Part shown: one piece after another, positions 28,874-38,799 of the stretch
Position numbering within the stretch: position 1 is the first letter of the stretch
Layout: each line of letters begins with the position of its first letter
Origin: Spirochaetia bacterium
Lineage (GTDB): Bacteria > Spirochaetota > Spirochaetia > SZUA-6 > Bin103
Direction of reading: 5' to 3'
DNA length: 64,000 bases
Assembly: GCA_965208575.1 (NCBI GenBank)
Contig: CBDBOV010000001.1
Location: 448,001 to 512,000, forward strand
Translations under genes and position numbers: made by a program
The notes under the pieces: generated by a model
The model's input: only the letters and a program-made list of their open reading frames with translations
Databases searched by the model: none
Told to the model about the DNA's origin: nothing

Positions 28874-29993
28874 AGGGGTCGGCGGCGTCGCGTAGGCCGT
28901 CGCCCACGAAGTTGAACGCCAGAACGGTCACGATCACCCACAACCCCGGTACCAGCAGCCACGGGTGCAGCGCCACCGTGCGCACGTTCTGCGCCTCCTT
29001 CAGCAGCACGCCCCAACTCACCACCGGCGGGCGCAGCCCCAGCCCCAGGAAGCTGAGCGCCGTCTCGCCCAGGATCATGCCCGGCACCGCCAGCGTCAGG
29101 TTGACGATCAGGTAGCTCATGAACGAGGGCAGCAGGTGGCGCACGATGGTCGCCCCCGGTCCGGTGCCGGCGATGGCGGCGGCCATCACGAAGTCCTCGG
29201 CGCGCAACTGCAGCAGCTTGCCGCGCACCACCCGTGCCAGGCCGCCCCAGCTCACGATCGACAGGATGATGGTGATGGCGAAGTAGATCTGCAGCGGGCT
29301 CCAGTTGCGCGGCATCGCGGCCGACAGCGCCATCCACAGCGGGATGGTGGGAATCGACTGCATGAACTCGATCAGCCGCTGCACCGCCATGTCGGCGCGC
29401 CCGCCGAAGAACCCGGAGATGCCGCCGAGCGAGCAGCCGATCACGAACGTCATCGCCACCCCGATCAGGCCGATGGAGAGCGAAGTGCGCGCCGCGTACA
29501 GGACGCGCGAGAACATGTCGCGGCCGAACTTGTCGGTACCGAGCAGGTACAGCGTGCCGTGCTCCACCCCGAACAGGTGCAGGTCGCTGCGGAACAGGTT
29601 CCACAGCCGGTACTCGTCGCCGCGCACAAACAGGCGCAGGTAACTCGGCCGCGAGGTCTCCAGGTGGTACACCTTGCGGAACTTCTCGCGGTCCATCTCC
29701 AGGCGCAGCGGGTAGACGAACGGGCGCGGCGAGAACCCCTGCTCGCTGACGAAGCGGATGCGCTGCGGCGGCGCGTAGATGTTGTCGGTGTCGCGCTTGG
29801 CGATGTCCCCGGTGGCGAAGAACTCGGCGAAGATCGACACGAAGTAGAGCACGGCGAGCACCACCAGGCCGGCCTGGGCCAGCTTGTGGCGCGCAAACTT
29901 GCGCCTGATGAGCTGCCATTGCGAGGCGAGAAAGTAACTCTCGTTGGCGGCGTCGTCACGGGCGGCAACGCCTGCCGGCAGCGCCTCGCTCAT
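28863..29993 (-). CDS. peptide/nickel-type ABC permease (DppC-like)
   Basis: LLGTDKFGRDMFSR, RHLLP, ETALSFLGLG, FNFVGDGLRDAADPY. Confidence 0.93.
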   Translation of the reverse strand: MSEALPAGVAARDDAANESYFLASQWQLIRRKFARHKLAQAGLVVLAVLYFVSIFAEFFATGDIAKRDTDNIYAPPQRIRFVSEQGFSPRPFVYPLRLEMDREKFRKVYHLETSRPSYLRLFVRGDEYRLWNLFRSDLHLFGVEHGTLYLLGTDKFGRDMFSRVLYAARTSLSIGLIGVAMTFVIGCSLGGISGFFGGRADMAVQRLIEFMQSIPTIPLWMALSAAMPRNWSPLQIYFAITIILSIVSWGGLARVVRGKLLQLRAEDFVMAAAIAGTGPGATIVRHLLPSFMSYLIVNLTLAVPGMILGETALSFLGLGLRPPVVSWGVLLKEAQNVRTVALHPWLLVPGLWVIVTVLAFNFVGDGLRDAADPYKQ

Positions 29994-30988
29994 GCCGTCT
30001 GCTCCGCCTCGAAGCGGATGCGCGGGTCGATCCAGATCAGCAGCATGTCGGAGATGAAGGTGCCGATCACGGTCAGGATCGCGAGCACCATCACGATGCT
30101 GGAGGCGAGCTGCATGTCCTCGGCGGTGAGCGCGGTGAACAGCAGCGGCCCCACGGTCGGCAGGTTGAGGACGATGGCGGTGATGATGGTGCCGGACACG
30201 ATCTCCGGCAGCAGGCCGCCGACGGTGCTGACGATCGGGTTGACCGCGATGCGCACCGGGTACTTGAACAGGAGCTGGCCCTCCTCCACGCCCTTGGAAC
30301 GGGCGGTGATCACGTACTGCTTCTGCAGCTCGTCGAGCAGCGAGCTGCGCATCACCCGGATCAGGCCGGCGGTGCCGGCGGTGGCGACTACCAGGATCGC
30401 CACCGGCAGGTGCTTGAGCATATCGATCACCTTGGCGAAGCTCCACGGCGCATCCAGGTACTCGGAGGAGAACAGGCCGGTGATGCTGAAGTCGAGCACG
30501 CTGTAGGAGAACCACATCAGGATCAGGGCGAGCAGAAAGTTGGGAGTGGCCAGCCCGATGAATCCGAAAACGGTGGCGGTGTAGTCGCCCACCGAATACT
30601 GGTGGGTGGCGGAGTAGATGCCGATCGGAATCGCCATCGCGTAGGTGGCGGCCAGCGTGATCACTGCCAGCAGCACGGTGAGGCCGATCCGTTCTCCGAT
30701 CAGCTCGGTTACCGGCTTGTTCCACTGGTGGGACAGGCCCAGGTTGCCCTGGAGGAAGTTGGCGACCCACTTCAGGTACTGGATGTAGTCGGGCTGATCG
30801 AGGCCGTACAGCTTGCGCAGCCCCTCGAGCTGTGCCTCGCTCATCGTGGTGCCGGAAAGCTGAAGCTGCTGCAGGTGGAACGTGAGGTAGTCCCCTGGCG
30901 GCAGCTTGATGATCGCGAAGCCGACCACCGACACCGCCACCATGGTGAACACCATGTACAGTAGCCGCCGCCCGATGTACGAGGTCAT
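29990..30988 (-). CDS. peptide/nickel-type ABC permease (DppB-like)
   Basis: YIGRRL, YGLDQP, YVITARSKG, DPRIR. Confidence 0.93.
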   Translation of the reverse strand: MTSYIGRRLLYMVFTMVAVSVVGFAIIKLPPGDYLTFHLQQLQLSGTTMSEAQLEGLRKLYGLDQPDYIQYLKWVANFLQGNLGLSHQWNKPVTELIGERIGLTVLLAVITLAATYAMAIPIGIYSATHQYSVGDYTATVFGFIGLATPNFLLALILMWFSYSVLDFSITGLFSSEYLDAPWSFAKVIDMLKHLPVAILVVATAGTAGLIRVMRSSLLDELQKQYVITARSKGVEEGQLLFKYPVRIAVNPIVSTVGGLLPEIVSGTIITAIVLNLPTVGPLLFTALTAEDMQLASSIVMVLAILTVIGTFISDMLLIWIDPRIRFEAEQTA

Positions 30989-31007
30989 GGCGCCCTTACC
31001 TTAGCCG

Positions 31008-31043
31008 AAAACGCATCGGCCCGCCATTCGGCGGGCCGATGCG
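31008..31043 (-). terminator. intrinsic terminator or stabilising hairpin after the binding-protein gene
   Basis: Perfect 14-bp stem CGCATCGGCCCGCC/GGCGGGCCGATGCG followed by TTTT on the minus strand. Confidence 0.7.
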
Positions 31044-31519
31044 AAGCGATTGGGCGGTCCAGTCCTATTGGCGGATGAACCACTGGTCGGGCTTGACGTC
31101 GCGCAGGAACTGCGTGTCGTCGCCGAACCAGCGCGCGTCGCGCGGGATGTTGCCCACGCGGTTGTGCACGATCACCGGCACCGGCGCGTAGCCCACCGTG
31201 CCGATAATCAGCACGTTCTCCGAAGCGAAGTCGAAGATCTGCTGCGCGATCCGGTCGCGTTCGGCGAGGTCAGTGGTGGAGTACCAGGTCTCCGCCAAGG
31301 CGTAGAATCGCTTGAACTCCTCGGGCGGCTCCTCGCCCCCCTCGCCGCCGGTCTGCACCCAGCGCCACCACTCGCGGGCGTAGTCGATCAGGCCGCCGGT
31401 GATGAACTTGTTGTTGCGCGAGAATCCCTTGCTCGGATTGGTGCGGCGCAGGTGAGCTGGTCCCGGAAAAACGGACGGTATGGTAGAGTGTATCCAAGGC
31501 CACGAGGAGGGCCAGCAAG

Positions 31520-31804
31520 ATGGCGACGAAGAGGCGTCGGTTCACAGCGGAGTTCAAGGCGAAGGTAGTGATGGAGGCGCTGCGGGGAGACCGTACGATC
31601 CAGGCGATCGCGGCCAAGCACGAAATACATCCGAACCAGATCAGCAGTTGGAAGCGGCAGGCTCAGACCGGTCTGCGGGACCTGTTCGCCGACGGCCGGA
31701 GCCGGCGGCAGAAGGAGCACGATGAGACCATTCACGACCTGCATGCCAAGATCGGGGAGTTGACCGTGGAGCGCGATTTTTTAGCACGCGGGCTCGGGCG
31801 CTGA
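31520..31804 (+). CDS. IS3 transposase OrfA
   Basis: RRRFTAEFKAKVV HTH. T-TTT-TTA slippery site at 31777-31783. Confidence 0.92.
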   Translation: MATKRRRFTAEFKAKVVMEALRGDRTIQAIAAKHEIHPNQISSWKRQAQTGLRDLFADGRSRRQKEHDETIHDLHAKIGELTVERDFLARGLGR

Positions 31805-31824
31805 GCCGGGCCGAGCGACGAGAG

Positions 31825-32661
31825 ATGATCGACCGCGAGCACGACCGTCTGAGCATCAGCCGGCAGTGCCGCCTGATCGGGCTGAACCGGTCGACGCTGT
31901 ACTACCGAGCGGTGGGCGAGAGCGCTGACACGCTCGCGTTGATGCGCCGCATCGACGAACTTTATCTGGAATGTCCGTTCTACGGCAGCCGGCAGATGAT
32001 GCGCCATCTGGCACGCGAGGGAAAGCGGGTCGGTCGGCACCGGGTGCGGCGGCTGATGCGGCTGTTGGGGCTGGAGGCGATCTACCGCAAGCCACGCACC
32101 AGCGTCGCGCACCCGGACCATCGGGTGTATCCGTATCTGCTGCGAGGGCTTACGATTGAGCGCCCGAACCAGGTGTGGTGCGCGGACTTGACCTACATCC
32201 CGGTGCAGGGAGGATTTCTGTACCTGGTGGCGATCATGGACTGGGCGAGCCGGCGGGTGTTGGCCTGGCGGCTGTCCAACACGATGGACACCTCCTTCTG
32301 CCTGGAGGCGTTGGCGGACGCTCTGGAAGACTTCGGCATTCCCGAGATCTTCAACACCGATCAGGGCAGCCAGTTCACCAGCATCGCGTTCACCGGCCAG
32401 TTGGAGGCGACCGGGATACGGTGCTCGATGGACGGGCGCGGTCGTTGTCTGGATAACGTATTCATCGAACGGTTGTGGCGCTCGCTGAAGTACGAGTCGG
32501 TATACCTGCACGATTTGGAGGATGGCTTCGAGGCGCAGCGGGTGATCGACGGGTGGATGGCATTCTACAACGAGACCCGACCACACTCGGCGCTCGGCGG
32601 GCGTACGCCCGCGGAAGCGTACCGCGACGGGGTGGCGGAACAACAGCAGGAGGTGGCGTAG
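31825..32661 (+). CDS. IS3 transposase OrfB (rve DDE domain)
   Basis: WCADLTY, NTDQGSQF, DNVFIERLWRSLKYE. Confidence 0.93.
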   Translation: MIDREHDRLSISRQCRLIGLNRSTLYYRAVGESADTLALMRRIDELYLECPFYGSRQMMRHLAREGKRVGRHRVRRLMRLLGLEAIYRKPRTSVAHPDHRVYPYLLRGLTIERPNQVWCADLTYIPVQGGFLYLVAIMDWASRRVLAWRLSNTMDTSFCLEALADALEDFGIPEIFNTDQGSQFTSIAFTGQLEATGIRCSMDGRGRCLDNVFIERLWRSLKYESVYLHDLEDGFEAQRVIDGWMAFYNETRPHSALGGRTPAEAYRDGVAEQQQEVA

Positions 32662-34692
32662 CGAACAGGAACGGCAGGCGGTTGGCATGGGGTGCAAGGG
32701 CATCCGAGGACCAACGGGAGCGCGAGCAGTGGGGACGAAGTATCCACATATCCACAGGCTCGCTCACCCCCTCCCCGGACCCCACCCCCATTACCGCCGC
32801 CTGATCATCTCGACCAGGAGGGTGGGTTGACAACGAACGAGATGCACTCTACAATATCCCATCCACTGTCCAACCTATCGGGTCCACGTCACAGGAACCA
32901 CACCGCGATGTCGTGGTCGTTGGTGGAGATGCGGGTCTCGACCAAGTCGACGTCGCCGGTGCGCATGTCGACCTTGAGGCCCACGTCCTCCCAGTACTCC
33001 TTGACCAGCTCACTGATGTCGATCAGCGACTCGGACTCGTTGTTGATCCACATCTGCGCCTCCAGCACCTTGCCCGTCGGGGCGCAGCCGGAACTCGTTG
33101 TTGCTGTCCCACTGCAGGCCCATCTCGTCCAGCAGGGCGTTGGCGCGCTGCGGATCGTACTCGGCCAGGTGGTTGGCCCACTCTTCCTTGTAGTAGCTGT
33201 TCTCCGGGTCCATGGCCGCCTGCCGCGGCACCGCCATGCCGAAGAACATCACCTCGTTGATCTCGTCGCGGTCGATGGCCAGCGACATCGCCTGCCGAAA
33301 GCGCAGGTCGCCGAAGACCTCGCGCAGCACCGGATCCTTGCTGGTCATGTTGAAGCCGTAGCCCGCCTCGGCGCCGGCCGGGCGCGGCCACAGCAGGGTC
33401 ATGTAGTTGGCTTTCTCCTCGCCATCCTTGTACAGCGGAATGTCCGCCGCGGAGTGGCCGAAGCCGGACACGTCAAGCTCGCCGGACACCGCCTTGAGCG
33501 TCTTGCCCTCGTTGTCGTTGACCACCTCCACCCGTACCACGTCGATGTAGGGGAGCTGATTGCCCGCCGTGTCGATGGCGAAGTGATAAGGGTTGCGGAC
33601 GAAGGTGCGGTAGGTCGGATCCACGTCGCCGAGCAGCCAAGGCCGGATGGTGGGCGGCTCGTCGTCCTGTCCGAAGGTGCTGATGCCCGACTTGCGACCG
33701 AATGCCTGCACCCACGACTCGAATCCCTCCTCCTTGGCCAGCGCCTCCGCGTCGTCGTTGTAGCGCGGGTGCCACTTCGACAGGTAGTGCTTGGGATAGC
33801 GGATCGGGTACCAGCCGCCCCAGAACTCCATCCACGACATGGCGGTCGGGTTGGGCTCGCTCCAGTGCAGCTTGACGGTGTAGTCGTCGACCCGCTCCAC
33901 GGTGGAGATCGGCCCGAAGTTGTTCAGCACCCAGCCACCGGATGGCGTGTCCGGATGCAGCAGCACCTCCTCCGCCCAGAACACCACGTCGTCGGCAGTG
34001 TAGGGCTCGCCGTCCGACCACTTCATGCCGCGGCGCAACTCCATGGTGAAGGTGTAGGCGTCCTCCGAGAGGTAGTTCTTCTTGTGCGCGTAGTTCACCC
34101 ACTGGTGCGGGTGACCGGGGCCGTGGTTGGCGATGTGCACGGTGCCCGCCAGATCCCGGATCGGGGTGAAGACGTTGTAGCCGGCGCCCACGGTGGCCAT
34201 GCGCAAGGTACCGCCGTACTGGCCGATCTCCTCGAACACGTTGAGCACGAGCGGTTCCTCGGGCAGCCGCTCGTCGACCGGCGGCAGCCGGCCGTCGGCC
34301 ACCATGGCGGCCAGCGCCGGCGCTTCCTGGAAGCTCAGGATGCGGTTGCCGGTATCGCTCTCCTACTCGGCCAGGGTGTCCCACGACCACGCGTCGCCGA
34401 CGCGCTCCCCCGCGGCCGCGCCGCCCGCGCCGTCCGCGCCGCTGCCCGAGCCTTCCTCGCCCTCGCCGCCGGCGAACGCGCCCGGCGCGCTCAGCGTGCA
34501 GATCAGGCCGGCAATTGCCAGCCGAAAAAGCCTGTTCATGAAGGTCCTCCCGTTTCCGGACTCAGTCGGTGGGGCGCCAACCTGTGCCTTCACGCGCAGT
34601 TCCGCCGGCCCAACCGGCTGTCAATGCGCCACGTTACGCCGTGTGCCGAGGCCTGTCAAACTGCTCGCGCGGGGACCGGCGTTGGGGTGCTG

Positions 34693-35697
34693 CTAGACCG
34701 GGAATTCGAGCTGTTCGGCGCGGAATACCTCGCTGACCGACTGGCGGTTGTGGATGCGGGCGATGGCGTCGGCGAGCAGCGGCGCGATGGTGAGCACGCG
34801 CACCTTGCCGCCGAGGCGCTTGTGTTCGGGCACCGGCACGGTGTTGGTGGTGACCACCGCCTGCACCGACGGGCGGTCCAGGCGCTCCACCGCCGGCCCC
34901 ACCAGCACGCCGTGGCTGACGCTGATGATCGCCGGCTCGGCGCCGGCATCCACCAGGGCGTCGGCCTGCTGGTAGATCGAGCCGCTGGCGATCACGTCGT
35001 CGATCAGCACCGGCGTCTTGCCGTGCACGTCGCCGACGATGTCCACCACCTCCACCTCCAGGCCGGCGACCCCGGAGCGCCGCTTGTGCACCACCACGAT
35101 CGGCAGCTCCAGGATCATCGCGTACTTGTCGGCCATCTTGGCGCGCCCCACGTCGGAGGCCACCACGACGGCGTTGCCGAGGTCGAAGCTGTCGCGCAGG
35201 TAGCGGCACAGCGTGGTGACGGCGGTCAGGTGATCCACCGGGATGTCGAAAAAGCCCTGGATCTGGGTGCTGTGCAGGTCGATGGAGACGATGCGGTCGG
35301 CGCCCGCGGTGGTAAGCAGGTTGGCGACCAGCTTGGCGGTGATCGGTTCGCGCCCGGTGGACTTGTGATCCTGGCGCGCGTAGCCGAAGTAGGGGATGAC
35401 CGCGGTGATGGTGGCCGCCGACGCCCGGCGCAGGGCGTCGATCAGCACCAGCAGCTCCATCAAGGTGTCGTTGACCGGTTGGCAGGTTGGCTGGATGACG
35501 TACGCGTCCACGCCGCGCACGCTCTGCTCGATCTGGATGTGCACCTCTTCTTCGTGGAAGGTCTGGAAGCGCACCTCGCACAGGTCGCGGCCGAGCACGC
35601 TGGCCACTTCCAGCGCCAGTTCGGGACTGGAACGCCCGGAGAAGAGCCGGAAGCGGTCACTGAGGTCGGCGTTCACCAGCGCACTTTCGGGAGCCAT
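34693..35697 (-). CDS. prs: ribose-phosphate pyrophosphokinase
   Basis: LFSG, LMELLVLIDALRRASA, PYFGYARQD, DLHS.QIQGFFDIPVD. Confidence 0.93.
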   Translation of the reverse strand: MAPESALVNADLSDRFRLFSGRSSPELALEVASVLGRDLCEVRFQTFHEEEVHIQIEQSVRGVDAYVIQPTCQPVNDTLMELLVLIDALRRASAATITAVIPYFGYARQDHKSTGREPITAKLVANLLTTAGADRIVSIDLHSTQIQGFFDIPVDHLTAVTTLCRYLRDSFDLGNAVVVASDVGRAKMADKYAMILELPIVVVHKRRSGVAGLEVEVVDIVGDVHGKTPVLIDDVIASGSIYQQADALVDAGAEPAIISVSHGVLVGPAVERLDRPSVQAVVTTNTVPVPEHKRLGGKVRVLTIAPLLADAIARIHNRQSVSEVFRAEQLEFPV

Positions 35698-35872
35698 CAG
35701 GCGGTGACGGTAGCACCGGCGGCGGGCGGCCGTAAAGAGCTTCGGGCGCGGGCGGGGCGCGCCGCGAGACGGTCCCGCGGGCTGTCGCCGGCTCCGATGC
35801 GCCCGGACACCGGCACCGTGATCGCCGTACCGGGACGGTGTTCCGAGCCGGACGTGCTCGCCGGGCGGTGCG

Positions 35873-36124
35873 TCAGGGGCAGCAGGCGCAGCCGTTGGGC
35901 TGGCAGGGCACGCTCGGCGCCGGCTGCGCGGCCGCCGCGGGTTCCTTGCCGCCAATCAACGGTGCCGAGAACACGCGCCGCAGCGGCGCATCGACCGGCG
36001 TTTCGCCGGGATCGAGATCGGCGCTGTCGCACAATTCGCCCCAGGTCTGCAGCAGCGTGGTCATGGCGTGGCTCACCTCGATGGTGCGCCCGTTGGTCTC
36101 GCAGTGGTAATCGTAAGCAGGCAT
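35873..36124 (-). CDS. FmdB-like zinc-ribbon protein
   Basis: MPAYDYHC start and Cys-rich C-terminus. Confidence 0.75.
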   Translation of the reverse strand: MPAYDYHCETNGRTIEVSHAMTTLLQTWGELCDSADLDPGETPVDAPLRRVFSAPLIGGKEPAAAAQPAPSVPCQPNGCACCP

Positions 36125-36183
36125 TCCTCAACCTCTTCCTGGTTCCTTAGCAAATGCTACCCGGCGCCGGTACGTCAAGCTCT

Positions 36184-37137
36184 TCATGCCGACCTCGTGT
36201 CGCCCGCCATTACCGGCAGCTCGTCGGCAGTCGGGAAGCCGTGCTGATGGCGGTGCGGCGGCGCGTCGAACGCCTGCGTCGACTTGTACCACTCCAGGCG
36301 GCCGTCGGCGGCCACCGGGCGCACGCGGGCCAGGATCGCTTCCTGCTCCTCCGCGCTCATCGGCGTGAAATCGCGCGCGAGGGCACTGTTGTGGTCCACC
36401 ATCTCGGTGGTGGTCATGCCGGAGATCAGCGTCGCAATCGGTTGCGACATGGCGAAGCGCAGGCACTCGGCCGCGGACAGTCCGGCCCTGGTCAGGAACT
36501 GAGTGCGCCCGCCGAGCGCCTTCATGCCGAGCACGCCGACGCCGCGCCGCTGCGCCTCCGGCAGCACGCCGCGGATGAAGCTCTTGTAGTGCGGGTCCAT
36601 CACCGTCACCGGCATCTGCACCGAGGCCCACGGGAACTCGTGGCCGAGCATCGCCAGCAGGTAGGCGGGATCCTTGTGGCCGGTGCAGCCGACGTAGCGC
36701 ACCTTGCCGTCGGCCAGCGCCTGGTGGGCCGCCTCGGCGGCGCCGTCGGCGGCGAACACCAGCTCGTCGTCGTTGGCGTAGTTGATCTCGTGGAATTGCC
36801 ACAAGTCGATCACGTCGGTGCGCAGGCGGCGCAGGCTGTCCTCCAGGTTGGACAGCGCACCGGCGCGGTCGCGCGCGCACACCTTGGTCATCAGGAACAC
36901 TTCGTCGCGGCGGTGCTCGATCGCCTGCCCCATGAGGGTCTCCGAGCGGCCCCCGTTGTACTCCCAGGCGTTGTCCATGAAGGTCACCCCGCGGTCGATG
37001 GCGTGCCGGATCACGCGCACCACCTCGGCGTCGGAGTTGGCGGCCCCGACGCCGGCGACGTGGGCGCCGCCCATGCCGAGCATCGACACCCGTTCCCCGG
37101 TCGACCCGAGCGGGCGGGTCGGTAGCTGGTCACTCAT
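36184..37137 (-). CDS. aldo/keto reductase
   Basis: RPLGSTG, DNAWEY..G.SE, FLMTK, SLRRLRTD.IDLWQFH. Confidence 0.92.
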   Translation of the reverse strand: MSDQLPTRPLGSTGERVSMLGMGGAHVAGVGAANSDAEVVRVIRHAIDRGVTFMDNAWEYNGGRSETLMGQAIEHRRDEVFLMTKVCARDRAGALSNLEDSLRRLRTDVIDLWQFHEINYANDDELVFAADGAAEAAHQALADGKVRYVGCTGHKDPAYLLAMLGHEFPWASVQMPVTVMDPHYKSFIRGVLPEAQRRGVGVLGMKALGGRTQFLTRAGLSAAECLRFAMSQPIATLISGMTTTEMVDHNSALARDFTPMSAEEQEAILARVRPVAADGRLEWYKSTQAFDAPPHRHQHGFPTADELPVMAGDTRSA

Positions 37138-37198
37138 GTCTGGCACCCTACACCGCCGCGCCGACGCCATGCCAGCGCGCGGGAAGGCTCGTCGAGCG

Positions 37199-38671
37199 CT
37201 ATCCGGGAAGGTAGGGCCGGTCGCCGACGGCGGCTTGCTGTTCGTGGAGCAGTTCGGTCAACTCCGCGGTCAGCGCGGCGTAGGCCGGATCGGCGTACAC
37301 CGAGTGCATCTCGTACGGATCGCGCTGCAGGTCGAACAGCTCCCACTCCGCCTCCTCGGCGCGGCCGGTGTTGCCTGGGATGGCGAGCGGGTCGGCGTAG
37401 AAGTAGATCAGCTTGTGGGTGTGGGTGCGCACCCCGTAGTGCGCCCACGTGTTGTGGTGCGAGCCGTGCATCCAGTAGCGGTAGTACATGGCGGTGCGCC
37501 AGTCGGCGGGGGTGACGCCCTCCAGCAGCGGCCGGAACGAGCGGCCCTGCATGTCGTTCGGAATCGCCACTCCCGCGTAGTCCAGGAACGTCTCGGCGAA
37601 ATCGACGTTCAGGATCATGTCATCGTTGACGCTGCCCGGCTGCACCGCGCGCGGGTAGCGCACGATGAACGGCATGCGCAGCGACTCCTCGTACATGAAC
37701 CGCTTGTCGTACCAGCCGTGGTCGCCGAGAAAGAAGCCCTGGTCGGAGGTGTACACGACGATGGTGTCGTCGGCGATCCCGTCGGCGTCGAGGTAGTCGA
37801 GCAGCCGCCCGACACCCTCGTCGATGGCGTCCACGCAGCGCAGGTAGTCCTTGATGTAGCGCTGGTAGAGCCAGCGCTTGCGCTCGTCCGGCGATGCGAA
37901 GTGCGCCGGCTCGCCGCCGGTGGGGGTGAGCGATCCGGCTCCGGCGCCGAGCCGGCGTTGTGGATCGCCCGGCTCGGGCGGGTGCACCTTCACGTCGCCG
38001 GGGATGAAGTCGCGCTCGATGCGCATCTCGGCGGCCGCGGCGGCGCGGGCGCGGTGCGCGTAGTCGTCGTCGAAGGTCTCCGGGTAGGGGATCTCGTCGT
38101 CCTCGTAGCGGTGCGCGTGGCGCGGATGCGGGTCCCAGGGGCGGTGCGGCGCCTTGTGGTGGCACATCAGCAGGAATGGCCGCGACCGGTCGCGCTGCCG
38201 CAGCCAGCGCAGCGAGTGGTCGGTCACGATGTCGGTGGCGTAGCCGGGGATCACCTTGTGTTCGGTCATCTCCACCATCTCGGGGTCGTGGTAGCGCCCC
38301 TGACCCGGAAACACGGTCCAGTAGTCGAACCCGGTCGGCCAGTGCGCGGGGCCTTGGCCCAGGTGCCACTTGCCGACGTGAGCGGTCTGGTAGCCGGCGG
38401 CCTGCAGCAGCTTCGGGAAGGTCTGCAGGCGGTTGTCCATCAAGGTGGCCAGCGTGGTAACCCCGTTCACGTGGTTGTAGGTGCCGGTCAGGATCGTGGC
38501 CCGGCTCGGCGTGCAGATCGAGTTGGTGCAGAAGCAGTTGTCGAACCGCATCCCGCCCGCCGCGATGCGGTCCAGGTTGGGGGTGCGGTTGATGCGGCTT
38601 CCGTAACAACTCATCGCATGCGACGCATGATCGTCGCTCATGATAAACACGATGTTCGGCGCGCGCTTCAT
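37199..38671 (-). CDS. Cys-type sulfatase
   Basis: PNIVFIMSDDH, CTPSRATILTG, GKWHL, SDQGFFLGDHGWYDKRFMYEES. Confidence 0.93.
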   Translation of the reverse strand: MKRAPNIVFIMSDDHASHAMSCYGSRINRTPNLDRIAAGGMRFDNCFCTNSICTPSRATILTGTYNHVNGVTTLATLMDNRLQTFPKLLQAAGYQTAHVGKWHLGQGPAHWPTGFDYWTVFPGQGRYHDPEMVEMTEHKVIPGYATDIVTDHSLRWLRQRDRSRPFLLMCHHKAPHRPWDPHPRHAHRYEDDEIPYPETFDDDYAHRARAAAAAEMRIERDFIPGDVKVHPPEPGDPQRRLGAGAGSLTPTGGEPAHFASPDERKRWLYQRYIKDYLRCVDAIDEGVGRLLDYLDADGIADDTIVVYTSDQGFFLGDHGWYDKRFMYEESLRMPFIVRYPRAVQPGSVNDDMILNVDFAETFLDYAGVAIPNDMQGRSFRPLLEGVTPADWRTAMYYRYWMHGSHHNTWAHYGVRTHTHKLIYFYADPLAIPGNTGRAEEAEWELFDLQRDPYEMHSVYADPAYAALTAELTELLHEQQAAVGDRPYLPG

Positions 38672-38799
38672 GACCTCAGAGTGATACCGGCGTAGTGGGC
38701 CCGTGTCTACGAGCCCCTCGCAATCATGATGAGAATATTGGGCGCGCGCTTCATGACCGGTGATTGATACCCGGCGCCGTGATCCCGTGTCTACGAGCC
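38638..38799. repeat. degenerate ~84-bp tandem duplication of the sulfatase start and upstream region
   Basis: GGCGCGCGCTTCATGACC at 38658 and 38741; CCCGTGTCTACGAGCC at 38700 and 38784. Confidence 0.8.

Larger units (their letters stand above)
31453..32891 (+). mobile_element. IS3-family insertion sequence (1439 bp)
   Basis: TG...CA ends, imperfect IRs (TGAGCTGGTCCCG / TGACGTGGACCCG), CAGG target duplication at 31449-31452 and 32892-32895. Confidence 0.93.
31065..34539 (-). pseudogene. family-5 ABC substrate-binding protein, disrupted by a nonsense codon, a frameshift and IS3
   Basis: Paralog of 24105-26129. TAG at 34363-34365, +1 frameshift near 33074, IS3 at 31453-32891. Rejoined flanks read DIAVWFL-RRTNPSKG. 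Confidence 0.9.

Noticed and set aside
32692-36150. 1152-aa ORF on the plus strand
   Set aside because: Antisense shadow of the binding-protein pseudogene and prs; no motifs, typical of high-GC DNA.
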